NCBI RefSeq assembly: GCF_900079115.1
Contig: NZ_LT549890.1
Location: forward strand, 1,860,001-1,892,000
DNA length: 32,000 bases
Direction of reading: 5' to 3'
Source of the DNA: Saccharolobus solfataricus
GTDB lineage: Archaea; Thermoproteota; Thermoprotei_A; Sulfolobales; Sulfolobaceae
Shown: positions 1 through 7,542 of the stretch, one piece after another
How positions within the stretch are numbered: the stretch's first letter is position 1
How the letters are laid out: every line of letters starts with the position of its first letter
The notes under the pieces: generated by a model
What the model was told of the DNA's origin: nothing
Seen by the model: the letters and a program-made list of their open reading frames with translations, nothing else
Database searches by the model: none
Translations under genes and position numbers: made by a program

Positions 1-915
1 AATCCAGTACTGCAAACGACGATACTGCATAAGATACAACTTATCCCTAAACTCCTTAGATAGCTTTTCCACGCTCTTAATAAGGTTCTTAAGACTCTCC
101 AATTTGATGACGTTAACACCCATTCTCTTTGCTACATCAACAACCCACTTCCCCACTTTCCTAGCAAAGTCCTCCATAATCCTCCTAGCCTTTAGATGGA
201 AAGAACGAACTCTATACAAGATCCTCTTATTCTCCCTCCACCTCCTTGGATACTTCTTCAGCAACCTCTCGGCTAACGACTTCCAGTGGTGAACTTCCTC
301 AAGGCGAGTTGGGATCCTAACGTAGTTCTTATCGTCCTTCCCTACAACTACCTCAGCCATGTTTATATCTACGGCAATACTTTCCTTTGGCTCAACCTTC
401 TGCTCCTCTTTCTCAAAAACAACTTTAAGGAAAGCCTTATCATCCCTGATCACTAACCTAGCCTCCTTCATCTTCCAACCCATGTACTCCTTGAGGTTTC
501 TAGGATAACCTAAGATTGAAAGTTCGCCAACACTCACAATCCTAACAGTCATTGCTTCGAAGTCCACATTATAACTTGCCCTCGGTGTTAACCATACCGT
601 AGGTCTGTACACTCTAGGAAAACGTCCTCTTCTAGGATTATTATACCAACCCTTGTACGTCGCTAGAGCTTCCCTATAGCAATCCTCAGCAACCTTTGAT
701 GGTAGATTGTACTCCTCCCTTAACTTCTCGTACAACGCCTCGTGGACTTTCGAAAGCACTCCCTTCTCTTCCGGGTTCGGGACATTTTCTTTCAACCAAA
801 ATAGGGTGAAACGGAGTGCCTTAACGTAGTTGTTCACGAGGACTAGGAGGGGTTCAGAGAGGGCGATCTTCATTGAAACAGTTGCTCTGATCGCTTTATT
901 ACCCCTCCTAGCCAT
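1..915 (-). CDS. tnpB: IS200/IS605-family TnpB (OrfB) RNA-guided nuclease-like transposon protein, N-terminal ~305 codons; the C-terminus lies outside the window
   Basis: This frame is open to the window edge, which explains its absence from the ORF track. Reverse translation from the ATG at 915-913 gives [44 protein letters not shown]...[18 protein letters not shown]...[25 protein letters not shown]...[13 protein letters not shown] with no stop down to nt 1. The layout and the AVDIN (RuvC-I-like) motif are typical of TnpB/OrfB. Confidence 0.85.
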   Translation of the reverse strand, partial: MARRGNKAIRATVSMKIALSEPLLVLVNNYVKALRFTLFWLKENVPNPEEKGVLSKVHEALYEKLREEYNLPSKVAEDCYREALATYKGWYNNPRRGRFPRVYRPTVWLTPRASYNVDFEAMTVRIVSVGELSILGYPRNLKEYMGWKMKEARLVIRDDKAFLKVVFEKEEQKVEPKESIAVDINMAEVVVGKDDKNYVRIPTRLEEVHHWKSLAERLLKKYPRRWRENKRILYRVRSFHLKARRIMEDFARKVGKWVVDVAKRMGVNVIKLESLKNLIKSVEKLSKEFRDKLYLMQYRRLQYWI

Positions 916-937
916 TAATGAAATTTTGACAAAGAAG

Positions 938-949
938 TATTTAAATATA
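938..949 (-). promoter_or_regulatory. TATA-like box upstream of tnpB
   Basis: TATTTAAATATA lies about 25-35 nt upstream of the tnpB ATG at 915. This spacing fits archaeal leaderless or short-leader promoters. Confidence 0.35.
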
Positions 950-1191
950 GGGGGCTATCCATCCCCTGGCGAGGCTTTCCGCCCCCTTAACCTCCAATTT
1001 TTGTAAAGAAATTAATAGTACAATGATATAACGACGATATTCACACAAAAGTACCTCTGGATTGAAATTATTTACCTAGAAAATATTCAGTAAAACTATG
1101 ATAGAAAAAGAAGTCTAAATAGAAAATTTATAAAATATTTCCCTCTTTAAAGTATTTTGCTAACTGAAGCCTAAAGACGGTATAATAAATC

Positions 1192-1569
1192 CTAAGTAAT
1201 TAGAGCGACTTTCAGTTCATTAAATTCGTCAGCTACTTTTAAAAAATCAGTATCCTTAGTCACTAGAGTTAAATCTCTATTGATAGCTTGGGCGGATATT
1301 AATATATCGAAATATCCTATCAACTTTCCCTTATCTCTTAATCTCTTGTATATCCTTGAAGCAATAATGGAATCTTTTTTATTAAGACCTATTACATTAA
1401 ATGCTGACAAAAAGTCGAGGATTTTATTTTCCTCAACTTTGCCGAGTAATACTTCAAAAATTGTTAATGTACTAACATAAAAATCTTCAGAATTGGAAAT
1501 AATTTCCTTTACCTTTGCATTACCTTTCAAATATTCAATAATTGCTGAGCTTTCTATTAATACTTTCAT
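1192..1569 (-). CDS. vapC: PIN-domain toxin (VapC-like)
   Basis: The 125-aa ORF has a PIN-like layout (MKVLIESSAIIEYL...TLTIFEVLLG...DILISAQAI...LVTKDTDF). It overlaps the end of the upstream small antitoxin-like ORF. Confidence 0.75.
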   Translation of the reverse strand: MKVLIESSAIIEYLKGNAKVKEIISNSEDFYVSTLTIFEVLLGKVEENKILDFLSAFNVIGLNKKDSIIASRIYKRLRDKGKLIGYFDILISAQAINRDLTLVTKDTDFLKVADEFNELKVALIT

Positions 1570-1789
1570 CAGTTATCTTCCTCACTTCTTTGATTTCTTT
1601 CATAATCTCTTCTGCTTCCTCTTCATTAAGAATTCCGAAATACTTCTCCAATTTCCTCCTCCTCAAGGTTAGAGATTCTTCTATAAGTTCCTCAATTATT
1701 TCACTAAAGCTTTTGTCCCCTTTTATTTCTACCAATTTCTTATAGACGTCGTCCCTTATCATTATCGTTTTCATATATGATGTATACAT
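1535..1789 (-). CDS. vapB: VapB-like antitoxin; the true start is probably the internal MKTIMIRDD near 1774
   Basis: This small ORF (MKTIMIRDDVYKKLVEIKGDKSFSEIIEELIEE...) sits immediately upstream of, and overlaps, the PIN gene. That is the classic vapBC arrangement. Confidence 0.6.
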   Translation of the reverse strand: MYTSYMKTIMIRDDVYKKLVEIKGDKSFSEIIEELIEESLTLRRRKLEKYFGILNEEEAEEIMKEIKEVRKITDESINRKLSNY

Positions 1790-2017
1790 ACTATAGGTAA
1801 ATAAACCTTGTGGAGAATTTGCTTACAGAAAGTCTAGCCAAGTTGCATCTGACTTCTCTTCTAAATTCTCAATAATTCCAGCTCGACTGTGAGTAAAGCT
1901 TGTTATACTTCAGCCCTTGATTGAGGAGTAATTTCTAACAATTTTTCTAACTAGAGGAGAATTTCAAACTCAAATACATTCTATGCGTTATTAAGGAGGA
2001 AAAAATGAAAAAGATTT

Positions 2018-2362
2018 TCAACTACTTTTCTCCACTACAACCGCAGTTCCGTAAGCGATAATTTCGTCCATCGCCTCTGATAACTCGTTAGAGTCGAATC
2101 TAACGTTTACTACAGCATTTGCCCCTAAGGCTTTCGCATTATCAACCATTCTCTGTAAGGCTTGTAGCCTTGCTTGTTCCGCTAACTCTACGTACTCTTT
2201 AATTTCTCCTCCTAGAAGGCTACGCAAAGAGGCAATTATGTTTTTACCTAGGCCTCTAGACCTTACTGTTATTCCTACTACTAAACCCTTTATTTCCACA
2301 ATCTTATACCCGGGCGATTGTTCGCCGTTAGTAACTAGGACATCTCCTTCTTTATAGCTCAT
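2018..2362 (-). CDS. UPF0145 / YbjQ-family protein
   Basis: The 114-aa product carries GLGKNIIASLRSLLGGEIKEY...A...A...RM...A..LGANAVVNVRFD...YGTAVVV. This is the characteristic YbjQ/UPF0145 pattern. Confidence 0.75.
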   Translation of the reverse strand: MSYKEGDVLVTNGEQSPGYKIVEIKGLVVGITVRSRGLGKNIIASLRSLLGGEIKEYVELAEQARLQALQRMVDNAKALGANAVVNVRFDSNELSEAMDEIIAYGTAVVVEKSS

Positions 2363-2665
2363 AAGGTAGTTGACGAAATAGTAAATTTAGACTTTGCTTT
2401 CAAACATGAAAACAGCAGATAAGGACAATGCGTTCACGCTATTAGCATATTAAGATGCTCTTCAAAGATATCACCTTGCATTCGTGTTCTCGTTGAGACA
2501 CTTAGACGTACGTAACCCTACCCTATTAGCTAAGATCTTGATCTTCCTATTGTCCAAAATTTACTGAACAGTCTCTTTCAAACATACATTAACGAATTTG
2601 GAAAAACGTGAAGCTTAGTAAGCATCAAAGAAAGAAAAGGAATACTGGATAAAAAAGGAGATGAC

Positions 2666-3064
2666 TTAAATCATTCTTCTGTCTATAATTGGTAACATGG
2701 GAATGTTGAATTTAGGAGTCGCACTACTTGGGCTCATAGCTTTCACTACTATGTATATCGACGTATAAACGCTAACGTTATTCAACTTAACAGCAATCCA
2801 GCTTTTTAGACAACAATGAGCTTCAGTTTGACCGTGAGATATTAAAGTGAAGTATGTCGAAGGTTCTACTCCTATTAGTTCTAAGTTTTGGCTATATCTA
2901 TATGCAGTAAAGCTTATGTTAATTATTGAGCCTGGTGAATAATACTTCCCTATTGTACAATAATATAAGCAACAAACCTTACCGCAAGGTAATTCGTATT
3001 TTATGTATACGTTAAAGACGTAAGATACTAGATGAGGAGTTAACGTTACGTTCACGTTGTCCAT
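2666..3064 (-). CDS. Hypothetical Cys-rich protein
   Basis: Support is the 132-aa ORF alone. It has several Cys clusters (CGKVCCLYYC, HCC). The frame stays open about 130 nt upstream of the ATG without another ATG. I recognised no motif. Confidence 0.25.
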   Translation of the reverse strand: MDNVNVTLTPHLVSYVFNVYIKYELPCGKVCCLYYCTIGKYYSPGSIINISFTAYRYSQNLELIGVEPSTYFTLISHGQTEAHCCLKSWIAVKLNNVSVYTSIYIVVKAMSPSSATPKFNIPMLPIIDRRMI

Positions 3065-4147
3065 ACAACATTTACAAGCGTAAACTAACTTTATAGGAGT
3101 CGACGAATTCGGAACTAGGAAGCTTATATAAGTACAGTATACTTCTCCAGTTACTAAATACTTGCAAAATCCGGGAGGTAAGAAGCAATAACTTTATCCC
3201 TACTGCTCACCAAATGGAGTCCAGAATAGATGGTGGAAACGATGATGACGTAACCCTCACCCTTCCCGGTAGACCCAAAATCGTATTATGAAAAATAATT
3301 CTGACAGAATAATATCGATTCATGATAGATAACAGGATTTATATGAGTATTAAGAATTCAGTTGAAGAAAGGGTTTAAGGTGAGGGAGATGTGGTATTAC
3401 CACGTGAGTAAGTGAGATGGTAACACCCGGTCTCCCTCACCAAAATAACATTCAACAAATAGGATATAAATTACTTTCCATGCTGAACTTCAAGGGAAAG
3501 AAAGGGGAAGAGGTGGCGAGAACCCTCATCTCAGCGTGTTTATGGAACGATTCGGTGGAAAGCAAGTCGAGGGCGTATGGCGTGTCCCCACAGACCGTGA
3601 CGAATTACGTAGAGAAACAAGGGGTGGAAGTTATTGAGAAACTCTTGGAAAGCGCCAGGAAGATATCCTTGAAGGTACTGAAGGGAGTCAAGGAGATAGA
3701 CCTCTCAATAGACTGGACAACCAAGATCTGGTACGGGAGACCGGTGGGAGGGCTCGGGAGTTCGGAGGAGGGAAACTCTTGGAACTACGCAACTGCGACG
3801 ACAAAGTTTAACGGGAAAGTGCTCCTACTGGCCTTCGTCACTCAAGTCAAGGGGATGACTAAGGAAGAGATCGTGAAGGCCCTCGTGGAGCAAGTCGTCG
3901 CCATGGGGTTCAAGATAAGGTTGATGACTCTCGACGCTGGTTTCTACACGATTGACGTGCTCAACTTCGTTTCGCAGTTCAAGTACGTAATCGGAGTTCC
4001 TGTTGGGGACGTGAAGGTCTACCAGGAGTTTGACGGCGAGTACGAGACTAACAGTAAGAGGCACAGGAGGGACGAGCAGGTCAAGTTCAGGCTCCTCGTG
4101 TACAGCAAGGAGAAGGTTAAGAGAAAGAGGAAGACTCTCGTTTACTT

Positions 4148-5479
4148 GGGGCTACTGGGTATAGTTGTGTGAGAAAATATGTAAGCAGAAGGTTAAAAGT
4201 CTTCATCAAGACTCACCTGGAACCTTGAAGCGTGGAGTTGTTTGAGATGATATGAGTAATGCCTTATCACCGACATGGGCCTGAACTTCCAACGCGAATT
4301 ACTTTCATGGATCGAAACGTAGAGATAGACCTCCAAGGAGCGAAGAGAGGGAAAGTAACCTCCGAGCTCCTCCTCAAACCTAGCCAGGGTCAAGTTGAAA
4401 CTCTCCGACGTGTTATTAGTGTAGAGGTAGTGTCTAATCTCCCTGGGGAAGTTGAGAAAGGAACAATACTTGTCAGCAGCGTCAAGAAGCCTCTTGGCTC
4501 GGGCTGGAGAAAAGGGTTGGACAAGTTGGCTGAGGGACAATATAGCCTTCCTTCCCTCCTCCACGTTCCTGGAGGACTTTAGATCCCTAACTCTAATCAT
4601 TAGTTCCTCCTTCTCCTTGTCTGGGAGGACCCTCATGAGGTTCCTAACCATGTGTGTTATACAGAGCTGGTGTTGAGAGGAGGGAAAGAGCGTGGACACG
4701 ACGCGATCGAGTCCAGAGAAGTCATCGCTCACGATTACGTCAACCCTACTGACTCCCCTGCTTACAAGTCCGCTCAAGAAGGACTTCCAACCGTCCAAGT
4801 CCTCCCTATCCCTAACTTCGTAGTCCAAGACGAACTTATTCCCTTCTAAGTCAACTCCTATGGCAATGTAAATGGCTCTCTCCATGATCGACTCGCTGAT
4901 TCTGACCTTTACGATCTTCACATCGATGTAAAGGGCTAGGAGATCGTGAGGTAGTTCGCGGCTCTTGTATTCCTTGAGTTTGTTGGATATTCTCTCGGCA
5001 ACCCGATTCATTACGATCTCACTATACGGTATTCCCTTGGCTGCTAACACGGCCTTGACTTGACTTGGAGTCATGCCTGATAGAACGAGCTGCTGGAGGA
5101 AGTCCTCGTAATCTGGGCTGGTCCTCTCGTACTTCTCCGGAAGGATCTTGGGTCTGAAGCCACCCTTTCTGGTTCTCGGTACTCTGAGTCTTAATACTCC
5201 GTCTCCGGTTCCCAGATATCTGAAGTAGGTCCCGTTCTTGTGGTCGTCCTCAACTTCTAGGTAGGCTTCCCTCTCTTCCATCATGGCCTCTTGCAAGATT
5301 ATCTCCTCTATTTCCCTTAGGCTAACTCCTTCTTTGATTGCCTTTCTTATCTTTTCTCTTATTTCTTCCATTACCTTCATGGTATTACTCTCCCTTATGG
5401 TATTACCCCTTCCGGGGTTATTTTTACTTTTTGTCATTATTTTTCACCTTTTGCTACCACAACTATAACTGGTAGCCCC
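4148..5479 (-). mobile_element. IS256-family insertion sequence, exactly 1,332 bp (ISC1332-like by size and family), nested in IS copy 1
   Basis: The imperfect terminal inverted repeats are GGGGCTACTGGGTATAGTTGTG (4148-4169) and CACAACTATAACTGGTAGCCCC (5458-5479). They are flanked by a 9-bp direct duplication, CGTTTACTT, at 4139-4147 and 5480-5488. Confidence 0.85.
4193..5437 (-). CDS. IS256-family (Mutator-like) transposase
   Basis: The 414-aa ORF carries ...REAYLEVEDDHKNGTYFRYLGTGDGVLRLRVPRTRKGGFRPKILP...ALYIDVKIVKVR...VVSDDFSGL...QLCITHMVRNL...TNNTSESFN, the typical IS256 transposase pattern. Confidence 0.9.
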   Translation of the reverse strand: MTKSKNNPGRGNTIRESNTMKVMEEIREKIRKAIKEGVSLREIEEIILQEAMMEEREAYLEVEDDHKNGTYFRYLGTGDGVLRLRVPRTRKGGFRPKILPEKYERTSPDYEDFLQQLVLSGMTPSQVKAVLAAKGIPYSEIVMNRVAERISNKLKEYKSRELPHDLLALYIDVKIVKVRISESIMERAIYIAIGVDLEGNKFVLDYEVRDREDLDGWKSFLSGLVSRGVSRVDVIVSDDFSGLDRVVSTLFPSSQHQLCITHMVRNLMRVLPDKEKEELMIRVRDLKSSRNVEEGRKAILSLSQLVQPFSPARAKRLLDAADKYCSFLNFPREIRHYLYTNNTSESFNLTLARFEEELGGYFPSLRSLEVYLYVSIHESNSRWKFRPMSVIRHYSYHLKQLHASRFQVSLDEDF

Positions 5480-5832
5480 CGTTTACTTCGCTAGGGCTAC
5501 AAACCTCGACCTACCGAAGGGGGAGGTGTTGAAGTTGTACAACAAGGTGAGGGGTCCCATAGAGACCTCTTATAGGAACATTAAGGCTTTTCTCCCATTC
5601 ACCAGTTCCACCAAGTTCGTCTTCCGCACGTTGATCTTCGTGCTGGCCGTGGCCTTCTACTCCCTGTACACCGTGTTCAAGGGGGAGGTGAGGAGGGAGC
5701 AGTTCAGGATACTCCTAATACTCTTGTTTTCTGATGATCTATTCTATCTAAAAGATTTTCTATTTAAATCAATAGAACCGCTTATTAATAATATAGATTT
5801 ATTTTCAAGGAGGTGATTTTGGGTCTACCGTA

Positions 5833-7539
5833 ATGGGTGCGGCTTCCCTAGCCATCATCTCGGTGCTCACGCACATGGCATTCAAGAAGGAGGAGGAGAA
5901 CTACCTCAAGGAGATCATTGAGTTGAGGGAGAGCCTTGAGAGGTTGAGGAGACGGGATGGCGAGTTTAATGAGTTGGGTAGGTTGTTGGTCTATAGGGTT
6001 GCCTACGCAATGGGGATGAGTTATGATGAGGCAAAGAAGGCACTAATGGACATAACAGGCTTGAGCATAGATGAGCTGGAGAGGAGGGTTAACGAGATTG
6101 AGAAGAAGATTAAGAAGCTTGAGAAGAAGATTAAGTTGTTCAGGCAGGAGGTGCCTGCGGGCATAGTCACGGCTGATGTTGGTGAGTTCGCGAAAGGTAG
6201 GATTTACCCAAACATCAAGGTTGAGAACGGCGAGTTGAGGGTTAGGGTTGAGGATGGGTACCACAGCATTGTTAGGGCAGGTAAATTCAACGAATTGGTT
6301 AACGAGGTTAGGGATAGGCTTTTGAAGCAGGGCTTCGTTGTAATCGTTGGACCCAAGGGTATTGGCAAGTCCACGCTAGCCGCAGCCGTGATTTGGAAGT
6401 TGTTCATGAACGGCGATATTGGGCTAGTTGCACGTGTTGAGGTGCTTGATTCGAAGAATTACCCGAAGTTTGTCACATTCGTTGAGAACTTCGGTAAGGA
6501 ATTCGGCAAGTACTTCGGTAGGTTGCTCATACTCTACGACCCAGTGTCAACCGAAGCCTATGAGAGAGTGGACATTGATGTGAAGGCATTCATACAAACA
6601 AACATCAAGAGGACAATAAAGGACTTGATGAATGCCATAAAATCGATAAGCTCCGAAGCTTCGAAACCGCTCACACTCATCGTGATACCGAGCGATGTCT
6701 ACAACGCATTGAGTGGGGAAATGAGGAATGCGTTAGAGGTATATAGGCTTGACGTTTCGCAGGGACTCATCAACACCGAATTCCTGGCTGAGTTGATTAG
6801 GGAGTACACGAGGACCAAGAGCAACCCCAACGGGTGTGCATTAAGTGATAGGGAACTTAGTGAATTAACCGGCGAATTAGCAAAGTTCGACTCCGGCCAC
6901 GCACTAATAGCTAGGCTCATCGGCGAGGAACTGGCGAGGAACAATTGTAGTGCCCGTGAGATCAAGGAGTTAATCAGCAAAGCCAAGGGTAAAGCCGAGA
7001 AGTTCATAATACTACACATAAACGGATTATTTAAGGTCCATAAGAACACTAACACGGCCAATGCCTTGGTCGAAATCTTCGCATTGAGGAGGCCATTCGT
7101 TGATTCAGTAAGGCCAGGCGTCCCAATACTGACGCCAGGCATTATTGAGCTAATTGGCGAGAAAAAGGGATCGAGTTTGCTCCAGAGTGCTGAGGGTGGG
7201 GAGTTGAGGGGTTGGTTAGTTATTAGGCAGCACGACCTAATTGAGGAGGCAATAAAGAAGCTGCTTATATGCATCGTGAATAGGAGTAAGGAGTGCGAGG
7301 AACTTGGTGATGAGTTGGAGCCCTGGCGCCTAGGAACTGTTAGGAGGTCGTTAAGGGAGGTCTCGGAGAAGGTAAGGGATGTAAGCACTGCCGTTGAGTA
7401 TTTCGTAGGCAACTACGGCAAGGATTTCACAGACGCACTAAGGGATTTCAGCAATGAGTGCTGGAAGAGGGCCGCGTTAATCATTGGGTATGCCTCGGCT
7501 GGGCGTGTTTCAGTGCCTAGGCACGAGGACTTACCTTAG
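5833..7539 (+). CDS. P-loop NTPase (STAND / archaeal-ATPase-like) with an N-terminal coiled coil. It is the 5' part of a longer frame that a TAG at 7537-7539 terminates.
   Basis: Walker A GPKGIGKST is at nt 6349-6375. Walker-B-like LLILYDP lies about 50 aa later. A coiled-coil segment reads ELERRVNEIEKKIKKLEKKIK. Coding-like composition differs markedly from the neighbouring DNA. Confidence 0.7.
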   Translation: MGAASLAIISVLTHMAFKKEEENYLKEIIELRESLERLRRRDGEFNELGRLLVYRVAYAMGMSYDEAKKALMDITGLSIDELERRVNEIEKKIKKLEKKIKLFRQEVPAGIVTADVGEFAKGRIYPNIKVENGELRVRVEDGYHSIVRAGKFNELVNEVRDRLLKQGFVVIVGPKGIGKSTLAAAVIWKLFMNGDIGLVARVEVLDSKNYPKFVTFVENFGKEFGKYFGRLLILYDPVSTEAYERVDIDVKAFIQTNIKRTIKDLMNAIKSISSEASKPLTLIVIPSDVYNALSGEMRNALEVYRLDVSQGLINTEFLAELIREYTRTKSNPNGCALSDRELSELTGELAKFDSGHALIARLIGEELARNNCSAREIKELISKAKGKAEKFIILHINGLFKVHKNTNTANALVEIFALRRPFVDSVRPGVPILTPGIIELIGEKKGSSLLQSAEGGELRGWLVIRQHDLIEEAIKKLLICIVNRSKECEELGDELEPWRLGTVRRSLREVSEKVRDVSTAVEYFVGNYGKDFTDALRDFSNECWKRAALIIGYASAGRVSVPRHEDLP

Positions 7540-7542
7540 AGC

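Larger units (their letters stand above)
3480..5816 (+). pseudogene. DDE transposase of IS copy 1, split into 3480-4147 and 5489-5816 by the nested IS
   Basis: The fragments MLNFKGKKGEE...DWTTKIWYG...LDAGFY...RLLVYSKEKVKRKRKTLVY and (F)ARATNLDLPKGEVLKLYNKVRGPIETSYRNIKAF... align with the intact copy-2 ORF. Removing 4148-5488 (1,341 nt, which is 1,332 plus the 9-nt duplication) restores the frame. R-x3-E-x6-K is an IS4/IS5-type DDE signature. Confidence 0.85.
3267..5831 (+). mobile_element. DDE-type insertion sequence, copy 1 (about 1.19 kb when the nested IS is removed), interrupted by an IS256-family element
   Basis: The terminal inverted repeats are CGGTAGACCCAAAATC at 3267 and GATTTTGGGTCTACCG(T) ending at 5830/5831. 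The same ends and internal sequence recur at 22011-23201. Confidence 0.85.

Noticed and set aside
3241-3303. A C/D-box sRNA-like arrangement: GATGATGA at 3241-3248 and CTGA at 3300-3303, about 55 nt apart
   Set aside because: The candidate spans the IS left boundary at 3267, so its two halves have unrelated origins. It has no convincing D' or C' boxes and no terminal stem. Copy 2 of the IS lacks the C-box half.
3417-3479. An N-terminal extension of the copy-1 transposase from ATG 3417 (MVTPGLPHQNNIQQIGYKLLS)
   Set aside because: In copy 2 the equivalent frame hits a TAG before the MLNF start, so the extension is not conserved. The ATG lies inside the conserved hairpin. The start was therefore set at 3480.
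104-5468. Short shadow ORFs overlapping tnpB (104-292), vapBC (1280-1480, 1542-1745) and the two transposase genes (3825-4064, 4259-4582, 4452-4676, 4652-4849, 5283-5468)
   Set aside because: Each is antisense to, or out of frame with, a longer ORF that has recognisable family motifs.
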